Assembly: GCA_963693365.1 (NCBI GenBank)
Contig: CAVNZM010000006.1
Coordinates: forward strand, 6,241,264 to 6,305,263
Direction of reading: 5' to 3'
Length of the DNA stretch: 64,000 nucleotides
Origin: Amoebidium appalachense
Lineage: Eukaryota > Protista > Ichthyosporea
Shown: piece after piece, positions 1-18,800 of the stretch
Layout of the letters: each line of letters begins with the position of its first letter
Numbering within the stretch: the stretch's first letter is position 1
Program-made: the position numbers and the translations under genes
Notes under the pieces: generated by a model
Databases searched by the model: none
The model's input: only the letters and a program-made list of their open reading frames with translations
Told to the model about the DNA's origin: nothing

Positions 1-29
1 CAGCCAGGTTGGTGTGTGTATGTGTGTGT

Positions 30-86
<57 letters not shown>

Positions 87-155
87 GGGGGAGGAGGATA
101 TATCCAGGGCCGGAGGGGGAAGGGAGGAATTAACGGGTGTGTGTTTGTGTGTGTT

Positions 156-231
<76 letters not shown>

Positions 232-296
232 GGGGGGGGGGGGGTGTCTGTGTGTGTGTGTTTGGGGGGGGGGGGCGGGGAAGGGAGGGGATATAC

Positions 297-4856
<4,560 letters not shown>

Positions 4857-5026
4857 CCTGTAAGATGCCCTTGGCCGGTTCTCTCTATTAACTCCCTCTT
4901 TATATAGAAAGCTTAATCTCTGTAAGTAGCAAACCTTCCTATACTACGTAACTAAAAATATGATATATCAGTTGAGCCGTCTTCTGCAAAGTTCATGAAA
5001 AAGAACCTTCGTTAGCTGCAAAAGTT

Positions 5027-5139
5027 GCGCGCCAAACGCAACCGTAGAGCCAATCACAAAAAAGCCAATCAATAATCAGAAAATGTCAGAATTGTGAAAG
5101 ACGGCAACGGTGACTCTTTTTTAGAATATTAGTGATTGG
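5027..5139. promoter_or_regulatory. Candidate promoter upstream of YEATS gene: E2F-like site and CCAAT boxes
   Basis: GCGCGCCAAA at 5027-5036 (TTTGGCGCGC on - strand), CCAAT at 5050 and 5065, ATTGG near 5135. These lie about 170-280 bp upstream of the ATG in repeat-free DNA. Confidence 0.45.
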
Positions 5140-6600
5140 ATATGATGTTACCGTGGACGGTGGGAAAATATTAAAGCTATATATTATGTTTGGTTATTTA
5201 AAAGTCAGGCATTGAATTTAACAGCACTTTTGATTGAACACAAGAAATATTTCTGGGCCTATCGGAAAAGGCCTTCGAATTTTTTTTCAACGTTGAAACC
5301 CGTGCACGTAACGCATTTTTATGTGCATCCAACACCCAAAGAAGTAAAAAGAAATTCAAAAACTACAACGCCTTTATACCAAATTAATTTTTATAGTTCA
5401 TTTTTTACTATGGTTTAAAAGGAATCTTCAAATATATAAAGCTAGTTGAATGCTGCCGGATAAATATGTCACGACTCACAATTTCGAATTTGTGTTACTG
5501 GTGACTGATGATTGGTGTCTTGTCACGCCTTACCAATGTTATTTTGTTTTTGCCGCAGACTTCGACCACTGCGTTAAAAATCATCTCACGGTATACGGAA
5601 TTATAAGTTTGTTACAATCTTCGCATTCAAGCTGCCCAGCTGAGACGAATTCAATGGGCATCAATCCTAAACATAGAGTTTTATTCCATTTTGTACTTTT
5701 ATTGCTTTCAGAAGACAAGCTTGTGCTGTTCTGAGTCGAGACGTGAGCCGCCCCTTCAAATGCCAGTCCTACGGCTACAATGCAGATGGCTTTTGCGGCT
5801 ATGATTGGACACCGCCAAAAATGGCGAAACGCTACTTACACATTATTGCAGGTATTTGTTTACCTTGTATGTATAGAACATATGATATTTTCCTTTAAAA
5901 CATTTTTTACCATTATAGTTTCTTTTTTCCCAAATATATATACTTTTTAACATATGCTTTTGCCATATTATCTTCTGCAGCTGATACAGCGTGAATCGTG
6001 ATTAGCTAAATATCATGAAAAGGGGATAAATAATGAATGAGCCTCGCCACGCGGGCTATCCCACAGGAGTGTCACGCAAGCCAATGAAAATTTCCACATT
6101 GTTCCGATTACTTTCACCTGTTGCCGCTTTCAAAGCTGTGGAAAACGGTGTGCGTGGGCCGGAGAGTCAAAGTGAAAAACACCTGAAAAGGGGAAGGGGA
6201 AAGAAAACATAGGTCAAACTAAAGAGGCGAGGAGGAAATATAGGTGTTTTTTGGGCTCTTTGAGGAAGCGCGCAGTGGATGAATCAGGGGAAGCACAACA
6301 TGTCTGAAATCAGTCTTGTGGGCACGAGAGAGTGCCGAGCCTAACACACACCAGTTTACACTGCAACTTCGAACTTACAATAACCCACGCCCAACCATCT
6401 GATGCCTATTGATTTGTATTCGTAGCTGAAAGATCGCCTTTTCAAATAGCTACTTCTAAAGCTGAATAGGTAACCTAATGCATCCTCAAGACATGTACTG
6501 AAGGAAAACTAGCTTTCGATGAGCCTAAATGAACTTTTGTGTACTTTGCCCCCTTCAACTGATTCTCGTGAAGCATTTGGGAGCGAATGACCTCTTGAAG

Positions 6601-9600
6601 ATGGACGTACTTGAGTCAGGTGCCTTGAGGCACTTTCAGGTAAAGCTTTAACATCACACCCACACGCCCGCTAACTCAGCCGGATTGGTGTCCTTGTTTG
6701 TCTAACCGTGTGTTGATTTTTGCATCGTCATGCACATCACCTTCTTTAAAAATGACTCCTGAAACACATGCACTTGCGCTTATCAGTTGATAGGTTAGAC
6801 CTCGTAAGCGATTAAACTTTCGTCTTGCTGGGAGGGTTGACGGGGCAAAAAGCGTTTTTGACGCATTATAAAAAAGTGGGGTGGGGATAGCTGGTGATTA
6901 CCTGCTCATGGCTTAGTTGAATGGACACCATGCTTGGAAAACCAATGAAGTGTGCGCACACACACACACGCACACACACCACACACACAGATAGGCACCT
7001 ATATACACTTTCGTGGAAACTGGTTTCTGTGTCTCGATCGTGAGTCTCCCCCTGCCTGTTCTGCTCGGAACTCTCTCTCTCTCTTTTAGAATTCCCGTTG
7101 TCTCTTGGCGTTTAACTAGTTTAGAAGCCTCCTGGCCTTTCCAATTAACGCGGCATTGCTTTCCGTGTGTAATATTACACATCTACTCGCACGTGTGTCG
7201 GGTTAATTGGGCAGCCCTCGCTGTCGGGTGTCGTGTTTGTGACGGGAAGCCCTGCCTCTAGCTCTGGAAAGCACAACATGTCCTGATTCCTATGTAGTGT
7301 GAGAGCAAACAACACTAGCCTTGTACCCATTACATGGTGTGATTATGACACGGCTAGTTGCATGGGCTGAAAACAATCAACCTGCTTGTCCCTCCCTTTG
7401 GGATCAAACACTTGGACTATGTTATCAAAAACTTCACGTGGCCTATGTGTCCTTGCCGATGTGCTTGTTTGTTTGCACCTATCCACCCATCTCTGTTCTC
7501 CTCACTAATATAACTGTTCTACAGCGCTTGGAGCGCATCCTTGGAGATGTCAAGAACTTATCCAGTGTGCATGATAGCCCCGAGGCCCGTAAGCTGTACG
7601 AGCTGTTTGCTGAGTATGGAGGATCGGTCCATGTTGTCCTGGAGCTGGCAAAAGCGCCGGACCAGAAGACAAACAAGGTCTATCAGGTAAGATGCCTTGT
7701 ACTTGGCAGTGGATTAGGCTCTTCCACCCTTCGTTTAAAGGCAAAATTACGGCATTTTAGGTTGGATGGCTTTTTAGATTGGTGTGGCACCTGCTGGTTG
7801 TGACAAGGCATAGAGAGATAAATGATCCTGTACTGGAAGCACTTGGGTTGGCATCTGTTTGTCCCTGGAGGGATGTACGGCTTCAACTTATTTGCACAAT
7901 GTTTTTTTCAAAGTTATTGCATTTTCTTTTTCTGGGGGTTTGGGGGGAGGGAGGGGGGGGGGGGGGGGGAGAATCTGAAGCCCTCACGAACCCGCTGTGA
8001 GTAATTACTTAAAGGGGCAATTCACGTTGTGCTCTGCTCACTCTTTTGTTGGTGCTGCAGGCCTTGCGTGACATTGTATGTGCCCGCCTTGTGCGACTCT
8101 CGTTCGAACTTCGTGAGCTGGGAGCCGCTTCAGGGGGCGACGCCGGCATTGTCGGCGGCATTCCCAACGTTTACATGTACCACGACATCTCGACGCAATG
8201 GGAGCAGGTTCTCAAGGTGTGCCCGTCAGCCTATGTCCAAACCATCAACGACCACTTTGATGATCTCATCCGTGAACTGCGTACCCCTAGCCCCTCCCTG
8301 GAGCGCCTGGAGGTGGTCATTCGTCGCATCCGCTACGTGTTGGACTACAAGCTCCCGACGGTTCGCGGTTCCGCTGACGGTGGTGATGGCCGGCTGCTGG
8401 CACCTTTAAGCACTCCGACGCTTACTCTGAGCCCTGGAGGAAACGGTGGGACAATGGAAGGCCCACAGAGCGCCCGGTCCTTGACCCCCACCGCCCCATC
8501 AAACAGCTACGTTCAGTTCAACACGCCTTCAATGGCAAATTCCAACTCGGCACCCGCTGGGTATCCCAGTGGTTCGAATGGATCATCGCAGGTCGGAGAC
8601 AGGCAGGGCGGTCCGGACGATTCCTTGGCCGCCCCCAACTCTGGCGATGTTCTTGGTCTAGCGGGACCGGCCACCGGGTTGAGTGGGTGGCAAGATGACA
8701 TTCTACGTGGGCGTGTTGGTAGCAGCGGCAGTGGGAACTCCATGATGATGGGCGCACCGGGATCGGCATCAAGCGGCTTGGGCATCGGCGGCATGGCGGG
8801 AGTCGGCATGCCTCATCTCCCCCCTCGGCGCATCTGCGGCTCTTTCTGACTCGGCGTGGCTGCCCAAGTCAGACATCCCTCGGCGGCCGTTCAAGTCGCG
8901 TGAGTGCGACTTCTTCAAGCAGGGCAAGTGCAACAAGTCTGTGTGCAACTTTGCGCACGGGACGAAGGAGAAGGACTGGTGGACGTGCAAGTACCAGGCC
9001 GTGTTTCCGTGCAAGACGGTGGGGTGCCTGGGCCGCACAAACGGGTGCATCTACGCGCATAACCCTGAGGAGCAGATCTACAGCAAGGTATGTGTGTGTA
9101 CATCGTATGCTAGGGGGAAGGGGTGAGGGTGAGGGGAGAGGGGGAAGATAGGCAGGTTCGGGGAAAGGGAGAGAGAGAGAGCGAGTACATGCACGGTCAC
9201 TTGTGACTTTCTCTGGCATTTGGCCCTCCAGGTTTTCTCCCTCTGTGTTGGTGCTTGTTGGTCATGCGGTTTCTACAAGCGCAATCTCTTGTTCTACGTG
9301 ATATTAGCATGTTCATTTCACCACACACACCCAAGCAAACAAGTTTTATCCCACACCCACACCCACACCCACAGACATACACACACACACACACAATCAC
9401 AACGCCAACAATCCGTCGTCCCCTCCCCCCCCCCCCCCCCCCCCCCCCCGTTTTCTTCTTTAATTATGTTTTCCATGTTATGAATTGCACTTTGTCTCTT
9501 GCACACATTTATGGATCCCTCCCCCAACTCCCCAACTCATGCTTTTGTGGAGGCATAGGAACCCCCCTGATGGTGGGCTCTGTGTAAGTGTCTTCGGCCT

Positions 9601-9704
9601 GCACGCTTAAATTGTTTGTTTTTGGATTTCCCACTTTTGTGAAGTTTTATTGTTGCTCTTTGTTGCCTCCTCCATATTTCCAACCCTCTAACACATACAC
9701 CACA

Positions 9705-9739
<35 letters not shown>

Positions 9740-10141
9740 TTTTCTCCTCAGGTACAGTATGAGGAAGCCGTGAACACAGCCACTGGGGGTCTTGGGGACA
9801 CGGGGTCATACTCGTCGTATGGGTCTGGTGCCGAGACACCCAGCTCCATGGCCGGGTCATTGCCTAGTATGGGTGCAAGGGGCCTGGACCACAGCATGCA
9901 CCACATCCACTACAGCGACCACCACAGGTGTTTGCTTGTTTTTCTCTTTTTTTTTCTTTATTTCTCCTCTCCCCCCCCCCCCCCCCCCCTCTCCCCCCCC
10001 CCTCCCCCCCCCCTCCCCCCCCTCCCCCCCTGGTGGTTTCATCTTTCTCCTGGTGTCTGTTTTCTCTTTTTGCATGCACCTTTTTTTTGGTGTGTGGGTG
10101 TGAGTGTGAGTGTGGGTGTGGGTGTGGGTGGGTGTGTGTGT

Positions 10142-10193
<52 letters not shown>

Positions 10194-10918
10194 CTCAACC
10201 TCAATTGTAGGTGCAGAATATCCAGCCACAGTACTTCCCGGCTACAAATGCTCGTAAATTTAGTTCTAATCGAAGCGTCCCCCACAGGTCCAACCCAGCC
10301 CACTCGCTTCACCAACGCGATTTCCGCGAGCGCGAACGCGACTACCGCGACTACAGAGAGCACGATTTCCGCGAAATCCGAGACCCGCGTGATCGCGCTA
10401 TCGGAGGCATGACCGGATCTGCGGGTGGACACTATGGCTCCGGTGGAGGGGGGATGGGGTCTGGCATGCACAGCGGAAAGCAGTGGTTGGGCAAAAACGA
10501 ACTTCCCAGGCCGTTCAGGTCCAAGTTGTGCGAGTTCTACCTCAAGCACGGGGTTTGCACCAAGGCAGTGTGCAACTACGCGCACGACCCTCACGAGATG
10601 GCGGACTGGGCCGCGTTGTTCCAGACCATGTTCCGCTGCAACAACAAGAACTGTGTCGGGCGCGAGGGAGGGTGCACGTACTCCCACGCCCCCGAGGAGC
10701 AGCTGACGAACAAACACTTCTACGATTTCAAGGTGGATAAGATCAAGCAGCAGTGCCACGCGGCGGCAAGCGCGGCCGGGTTGATTGGAACGGGGGTCGG
10801 GGATAATGGGTTGGGATCCCCCCCACTCATGATGCAGCATTCGCAGAGTCATTGGACCCCCGGGGAGGTGGATTTGTTGAATATGCGCGTGGCGCAGCTG
10901 TCTATGGAGCATATGTGA
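6601..10918 (+). CDS. CCCH zinc-finger protein with two duplicated tandem-CCCH modules (probable RNA-binding); two frame breaks in this sequence
   Basis: Exons 6601-6639, 7525-7686, 8061-9087, 9752-9927, 10211-10918 (TGA). Module 1: WLPKSDIPRRPFKSRECDFFKQGKCNKSVCNFAH...CKTVGCLGRTNGCIYAHNPEEQ. Module 2: WLGKNELPRPFRSKLCEFYLKHGVCTKAVCNYAH...CNNKNCVGREGGCTYSHAPEEQ. Needs removal of 1 nt near the C6 run at 8819-8824 and addition of 1 nt somewhere between about 9880 and 10310. Confidence 0.8.
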
Positions 10919-12088
10919 TGGTTGTGTGCTGTACATATGCTGCGCAAAAAAAAAAAAAAAAAAAAAAAAAAAAGTGGTGGAATGGGTCACGGTTTCTTCG
11001 ATCGGCGGCGGCGGCGATGCAACAAAAGGTGTGTTGACTGACCAGAGACTGATTTGATAATACAGGAAAAGATCATTAATGGTATGAGTGTCATGTTTGC
11101 GTGCGGTTGTTAGTTTGGAACGCTGATGCTTTCAAGTGGGTGTGTAATGTAATGTCTGTTTGATTTGCGTCTTGTGACTTAGACTTGGCGAGGTTTTGTT
11201 GTGAAGGGTTCTGATTCCCCACGTTTAAAGCCCTTAAACTCTGGCATAATTATGACGCGTCTCCTACGCAGATTTTATTTTTGTTTTTGCTATTCTTGCC
11301 CCTCATCTCCCTCTCTTTTTTTTGCCTTTTTTTTCTTCCTCCACTTTTTTTTTTTTTTTTTTTTTTACAGACGTACGGATGCTTAGCTATGTATGTGATT
11401 TTTGTTAATGAATCCCATGTGGAACCCCATGTAAATTGGAGCATCCACATCGGTACAGATTGATGATGCATATGTTAGTCATGGCTGCGAGATGTTTAGA
11501 TTATTAGTTTTGCTGAATAGTGTGATAGTTCTTGCGCATTTACCGGATTTGCGCTCCAGATAAAACCACCCTTTCCATAGCTAGATGTGATTATGTGCCT
11601 GCCTGCTCATTTTCAGTCTATATACTCTTTAGTAGATTACTAGTAGGTAACTCTTTGACAGAGGAAAAACGTCTCATGATTGGGTTTGCTCTGGGCCCAA
11701 GGTTAAATGATGATCCGTATTTCTTATGATAGGGTTTTGGCACTGACAGATGGCCTACAAAAAGTCAAAGAACTGAATATCAGTGTGTAACTTTGCTTAT
11801 AATGATGCAACCATAGTAGTAGTATTGTAGTAGTGTAGTTTATCATCATAGTATTACGGTGTGTGTTTGGAGCTCTGAAGTGGTGTGGGGTACTGGTACC
11901 CCATGATGTACTTGATTGGCATTGCCTAAATAGCTGTATTGTGGCTGGTGTTGTTCATTATAGCATAAATGAGACTGAAAATTTCACTGACGTGTAAGCA
12001 GCTATATATGACATACAAAGATGTGATGTGACCGCTGGCGCGACGTGCTGCCCCCCCCCCCCCCCCCCCCCCCCCCAAACAACAACAA

Positions 12089-12126
<38 letters not shown>

Positions 12127-12398
12127 CGGAACTCAGTACACAAACACAGTTGGCACACGCACGCGCACGTACACACACAGGGACCAAGGCAACCACACAC
12201 ACACACACATACACACACACACACCAGTACTGGTACCGGTCTAGACGTCACACGCGTGCGCACGCACAGCACACCCATGCACACCCAGCTCATACATACG
12301 GTACACGTACACGCGCGCACACAGGCGTGGCACACACACGCACACATTAACATACACATGTGCACACGCACATACCCACACTGCACACACGCACACCG

Positions 12399-12679
<281 letters not shown>

Positions 12680-12794
12680 TCAAAAAAAAAATGATGCAGA
12701 CCGCCGTGCACGTGACATGTCCAGAATGATCAGCACCGCTGTTCAGTGTCATTCGAGTGAGGGCGCCCGCCGGCAGATGAATATGATGCCGATG

Positions 12795-12879
12795 TTCAAA
12801 TTTCGCGCCTTGGATCCAACGATTGGATTGGTCCAATCTTTAGCTGGTAACCAATCAGCGTTGGGATGCCCATATAAGG
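12795..12879. promoter_or_regulatory. Cell-cycle-type promoter cluster: CDE/E2F-CHR composite, four CCAAT boxes, CArG box
   Basis: TTCAAATTTCGCGCC at 12795-12809 (= GGCGC-GAAA-TTTGAA on - strand), ATTGG at 12822 and 12827, CCAAT at 12833 and 12851, CCATATAAGG at 12870-12879. About 0.9 kb upstream of the ATG at 13806, with a probable 5'UTR donor GTAAGT at 13011. Confidence 0.55.
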
Positions 12880-13805
12880 TTCGTGTATAACGGACACAGA
12901 AACACCCTCTGCCGGCTCGAAGTGCGCTTGCCTGCAGAAAGATTTCATCGTTGATTCATTGAGTTTTACCAGAGTGTTCGAGATTACGGAATAGTTCAAC
13001 ACACGTAGCCGTAAGTTTTATGAAGATGAGTATAATGTGCAATCATTCAGCGCGGGATGTTATGTGCTTTCTGGTAGTGTGAACGTGTAGTAGCTAATGC
13101 TTGAATTGTCAGTCAATCAGGTTCACGTTGGATGTATCCGCAAAACATCTGTTTGTTTGGCTTTACATGTGGCTAAGTTATTTTGATTAGGGCAACCCTT
13201 TTTTTAACGCGCGATCAACCATTATCAGGCAGGCAAGGCCCTCGACCTACATTGAGGCGCCACAGACCAGAAGACTTCAACTTTCTAACATTATTTTTCT
13301 GTTTTCTCTACACAGGTAAAAAGTGCAAGATATCTCCTTTTCTGTGTGGCATACATATATATTCCCTTATCATTCTTACAGAAAGCTGTAAATGTACCAA
13401 ATATTTGGGCCAGTGGCAGTTTAGTGTACACATCTTTGCATTCTTTCTACTACGCTCGTCATTCCTCTAGGCTGCTGCAAGAATCCTTCTTACTTTCTGT
13501 TCGTTCACCCGACCTTTCTCCTCTTGCATGTGGGGAATCTTTCCAATTCTTGTTTGGCTGGTTTTTTCTGAAGTGCGCACTTCTTGTACGTGAAGGCAAA
13601 CACGCGAATATTTTTCCATGGAACACACTATATGTTCATGTGTGTGTTCATTCGCGCGCTTGTTCTAGGTGTCTTTTGCTGAGGGTAAGGCCCCGGAAGG
13701 AAGGAAGGAAAAAAACAGTGTAGTATACAACATTCTGCCCTTCCAATATCATTTTTCATTTTCTTTTTTTTTTTCCAAATCAGGTGAACTGGTTCAGCAA
13801 CCGCC

Positions 13806-14010
13806 ATGGAGAGCCGACGTGTTACACGTTCCCGCGCAAATGCGCAGTCTGCACTGGAATATTCGAGATCCTTCCGGTCGTTCGAGAAGAAACAGGAAAG
13901 AGCAACGAACAGGGCAGCCTTGCAGCAGAAACGAAGGCAGATTGCGGAGGATGTCAAGGGTGATTCTCACGTTGACCAAGGTAGAACTACTGGGTTCCCT
14001 CCAGCGTGTG

Positions 14011-14097
<87 letters not shown>

Positions 14098-17000
14098 TGT
14101 GTGTGTGATTGGTGGTGGCGGGTGATGTGTGATGGGGGAGGAGAAAGGGGAAGAGCCGATGCATGGAGGAGGACGATGGCCAACAAGATCCCCGAGGGGT
14201 GGAGAGGAGGAGGGGGAGGGGAGGGGAGAAGGGAAAGAGGGAGGAAAACGAAATGGGAAATAGTCTTTTTGCAGATCACGTCGTCGGTTATCCCAGAACT
14301 CCTTCTATTATCAAAGCAGTGGGTTCTGTGGGCAGGTGGGATGATCAGAGGGCCGGGTGTATGGTGTGTGTATGTGTGGCGGATGGGGGGGGGGGGGGGG
14401 GGGGGGGTGTTAGAGATTTTCTTGCTGGTCAAAACCTCAGGAATATGAAAAAACATACAAAAAATCTTCAGCTCCTTCCAGTGCTGATGCGTCGCACGGC
14501 TCTTCTATCTCTCCCCTCCCCTCCCTTCTTTCCTTCCTTCTCACCAGCCACACCGGTTGCTTAGGTGATGTTTACTATTACTATGGTGGTTGTTTAGTTA
14601 TTACTATTACTATAGTAGTTACTTAGTTATTACTATTACAATAGTAGTTATTCGGTTAGTAGAATCTTTATAATCCATTGTTTTCTCACCCGCCTTTCCT
14701 TGTACAACGCAGAAAACCACATTCCGACGAATGTCACCGCCTCTGCCCCTGCCCCTTCTGACGACGCTTCGCAGCAAAAAATGACCCGCCGCGAACTTCT
14801 GGAACTGTGGAGGGACGAAAAACGAAAACAGGCACACGCGCGAAACAACAAACCCCCTCCGGTGTCATTTTCCAGCGGGTTTTCTTCGCATCGTCTTGGG
14901 TCCAAAGGGAGTTTTTCTTCGAGCAACGGCGAGAATGACGGGGACCAGTTTTCCGCCGCCACCCGCCGTTTTTCACTCGCGATCGGGAAGGGTTCTGGAC
15001 TTGGGGGGAAATTTTCTGGAAGGGGGTCCAACGCTCATTTTTACGCAAGAAAGGATGAGGGAAGGAGGCACACGATGCTTCCCGGTGGGCTGGGCAAGGG
15101 GAAGGAGAATGCGGTGGTGGGGATGGGCAAGGAGAAGACCGAGAAAGGTGGGGTGTGGGACGATCTCTTCCTATTCATTGCCCCCATCCCCCCCCACCCC
15201 CCCCCCCCCCCCCTGTCGCCAACAACAACCACAGAGAATATTTCTCTTCTTCGGTTTAATACCGGTTCAAACTTTTAACCCAGGAATGTTATGGCTGTTC
15301 CTTTCTTTCTCGAGGTACCTCCCTTCTTCATCTTCCTGCCATACCCACATCTACCAGTCTTTGATTCTTTGCACACGGCATTGCTTTTGCACCCACACCA
15401 ACCTGCACTAACATTCCTTTCTTTCACGTCTTCTTTCTTCTCTCCTCCCATCCATCCCCCCCCCCCCCTTGTTTTTCCCCGCTCCCTCTTTCTTTTCCCC
15501 CCTCCCACAGGATCCGCCCCAGCGCCATTCTCTCTCCCGCCGTCCAAACCTCAACCGTTCACCTCTGTAAGCGCCAACACTCTTACCAAGTTCACCCCCC
15601 AACCATCCACCAACATCACGGTTGGTTACACCATGGCTCCACCCACCCCGAGAGGAACAGAGGCTGCGCTTTTGCTGTTGCAGTTTGCCGGCGCCGCGGC
15701 CGCACGTATACCTAGTGCGTGGAATGGATTGGAGGTGGGTGTGGAAACAACGAGTTTTGGGTGTATGTGTGTGTGGGAGGGGGGGAAGATTGGAAGAGGA
15801 GAGTGGGGGAGAGGGAGGGGGGGGAAGTACCACTCGCTATTGCTACTAACGAGTGAGGGGTGGGTGCCGATTGAAATGGATTGCAGTTGGTTATTGTGGT
15901 CAATGTGTTTTGGGTATGTGGATGGGTGGTTTTACGTGCGTGGGTGTGTGTGTGCGAGTTAGGGGGGGGGGGGGGGGGGGAGAGAAGGAAGAGGAGGGGA
16001 TGGGGAGCGGGGGTGCATTGTGGGGTAAAGGAGGGGAAGGGGAGGTGTGTGTGTGTGTGTGTGTGTCTGTGTCTGTGTCTGTGCCTGTGTGTGCGTGGAC
16101 ATGTACGTGTGCACGTTGTGTGTAATTGATTCAGCAGCAGTTACGGCTTGCATGCGCAGGCATCAAGGCCTGCTTGTCTGCACGTTCTGCATGTGCTTGC
16201 TGCTCCTCCTTGTTTTTTCCCCTGCGGAGTATTCAGTGTGGTGCATTGTGTCGTTCGTCATGTACGTGCACTACGGCACCCATTCGTAAGGCCTATGTCG
16301 ACCTTTTTCGATGTACCGTCATATTGACGTCATTGAGTAACTCATAGCTGGGCGATGCGATAAAATCGAGCGCACTGATTGGTTTTTTTTTTTTTTTTTT
16401 TTTAACCCACATGAGATGTCCATATCTGAGAAATCGACATAAAAAGAGAGTTCCTTGTATGCCATTGAGAAATGCCGACATTGCTGTTTAATCCCCCCCC
16501 CCCCCCTTCCCCTCCTCCTTCCCCTCCGATTTTCTCTGCACACTCAATAGGTCTTAACCAGCTCTGCACATCGTTAGTCACAATCTTCTCTCATATATGA
16601 GAGAATGATCGTATTGGTACGATTTGTCTAATATCTGACGATTCTGCAGCATCCCTAAGACCCCCCTCCCCCTCCCCCCCCTTTTCTCCCTCTCTCTCTC
16701 TCTCTCTCTTTTTTTTTTTTTTTTTTTTTTTTTTGGCGCCTGTTGTTTTGCTTGTCATTTGTTCTGGTTGATTACCTGGAATCTTTGCTTATTTGTGTGT
16801 GTGTGTGTGTGTGTATGTTGTGCGGGGTTGCACACACCGGTGTCTGCTTTTCTTCCTCTTTTTTTCTCTCCACACACTTCATCTGTCCACTTCTGCATAC
16901 CCCCTCTCCTAGCTATAGACACACTTCACACATTGCGTTACACGCACGCATGCACACACCGCTCTGTTGGCGACAGCTCCCTTGGAACCCATGTGGCATG

Positions 17001-18511
17001 TTACCCGCCGGCGTAACATAACTCGGACTATCGATTTGGCTTTTTTCAAGCCCAAAGCAATGGGTGATACCATATTTCCGGCTGACATCCGAGGGCATAG
17101 CTTTCCGTTCGAAGACGTTAAAGTTCTGCCCTAGTAAGTGTGTTACTACCCTGCGGCGTGGGTCAAATCTCATATTTTCCCCTCTGATTGCGAATTCTGC
17201 GGCCTTCGGGACTTAATTCTCTTCAGCTGGTGTAGTATGTTAGCCAGGGAAGTATCGAGTTAGGTAGCAACGGGGGAGCTTCCTAGAAGCCCCGTCTCCT
17301 GAGTTCCTATCTATATTTTTCTTGCTTCTGCTTACTGCTGCAACTTCAAACCCCGGCCTTTCCCACTGCCCTTGCCTGCATAAGCAACCCTGCTCGTCTC
17401 TGATCAAGACGGGTGACCTACCCATGTTCAAGTGAAACAGTATCTGAGTTGGGTTTCGTTAACGAGGTGAATAGGTCGAAACTCGGGTACTGTGGATGAC
17501 GTGGGCCGCCCCTGAGGATGGGGCTCTGCTTATTATGCATACTTTTTATGTATGGCTTGCATTCTGCATCGTGTTATCCGTTTGTTCTTGTGTACTTCGC
17601 ACTTTTTGACGCATTCAAACCCCCCCCCCTCCCCCCCCTTCACAATACAACAGGAAGTACCGGCCTGCACCGAGAGCAAGGGACCCATGCAGCCTCAAAA
17701 CAAAGACACACCCGCCCCTTGCACTAACGTGCAAACACCCGAAACCCAACCGTCCGCTTCAGTCGGCGCTTCAGAAATTACAGCAACAGCAAAGGAAAGC
17801 GTGGAGAGATCGGAAAACGAAACGGAGAGTGTCCCGAGTGTTCCGGGTACCACCGTTGTGCGCGATTCGCCTGCTGCTGAAAATGTTGTTGTTGAAGAGG
17901 AAAAACACGGGGAGAAGAGTGCGGAGGAGGGAAAAGGAGGGGGGAAAGCTATGGTTGGTGTAGAGGGAAAGAGTGATGCGCCGAGTGTGATTTTTAAGAA
18001 TGAGGAGGGATTGTCGGTGAGCAAGACGATGGGAGAGGTGGAGGTGTCGGAGGCGATTGACCGAGAAAACGGAGAAAACGGGAAGAAAGATACGGGTGTT
18101 GTTGCCGATGTGGCTGCTGCGAGCACAGGCGTGGAGGGTAAAACGGTAATGGAAATCGAAGGGAGCAAAAAAACGGAAGAAACAACCAAGAATGAAGAGA
18201 ATAAGTGCTCACAGGAGGAAAAAACAGACATGGGAGCAACAATCGAAGGGAAGGAGGAGGGGGAGGAGGGTAGGAAGGTGGAAAAGAATGGGGAGAAAGG
18301 GGGTGAAAAGGAGGGGGCGGGGGAGGGGGAGGGTGTGAGTGCAGGGGTGGTTGTTAAGGATGGAGAGTATTGGAGGGGGGTGATGCTGAAAGCCAAGGCG
18401 GAGCTTGAAGGGATGTGTGCAAAGTGGAAAGGAATGTTGGACTCCCCTGACTCCCCCATCCCAGAGTCTGGTATGCTTTCCTCGTTCTCCCCCCTTCCGC
18501 CCCCCTCCCAC

Positions 18512-18557
<46 letters not shown>

Positions 18558-18741
18558 ACTCCTACCCATCCCTTTCCTTCCCTTCCCTTTCAAACTTTTC
18601 CTCCCTTTCTCTCCAGTATTCCAGGCGTGTGTAAGAGAAAGAGTTGGGGGGGGGGGGGGGGGGGGGGGGGATCAGGACGGGTTCTGACTATGATTCATGT
18701 GTTGTTCCTGTGCGTTTTTTCACAGCCACGGCCCCGTCCCT

Positions 18742-18800
<59 letters not shown>

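Noticed and set aside
5712-5851. Possible exon (AG...GGTATTT) encoding RQACAVLSRDVSRPFKCQSYGY...
   Set aside because: No recognisable homology and no convincing flanking coding exons; it could be UTR or non-coding.
8802-8868. 67-nt GT-AG intron that would remove the CCCH-gene frameshift
   Set aside because: Phase fits and CTGAC is present, but it would delete WLPK, which aligns with WLGK in the second module. A 1-nt indel is preferred, though the intron is not excluded without RNA data.
11461-11747. C/D snoRNA-like TGATGA...CTGA pairs
   Set aside because: Boxes are too close together, with no terminal stem or recognisable rRNA antisense element.
16913-17520. Transposon remnant in unique sequence within a GKAP intron
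   Set aside because: The short ORFs show no transposase, RT or integrase motifs, and I saw no terminal repeats.
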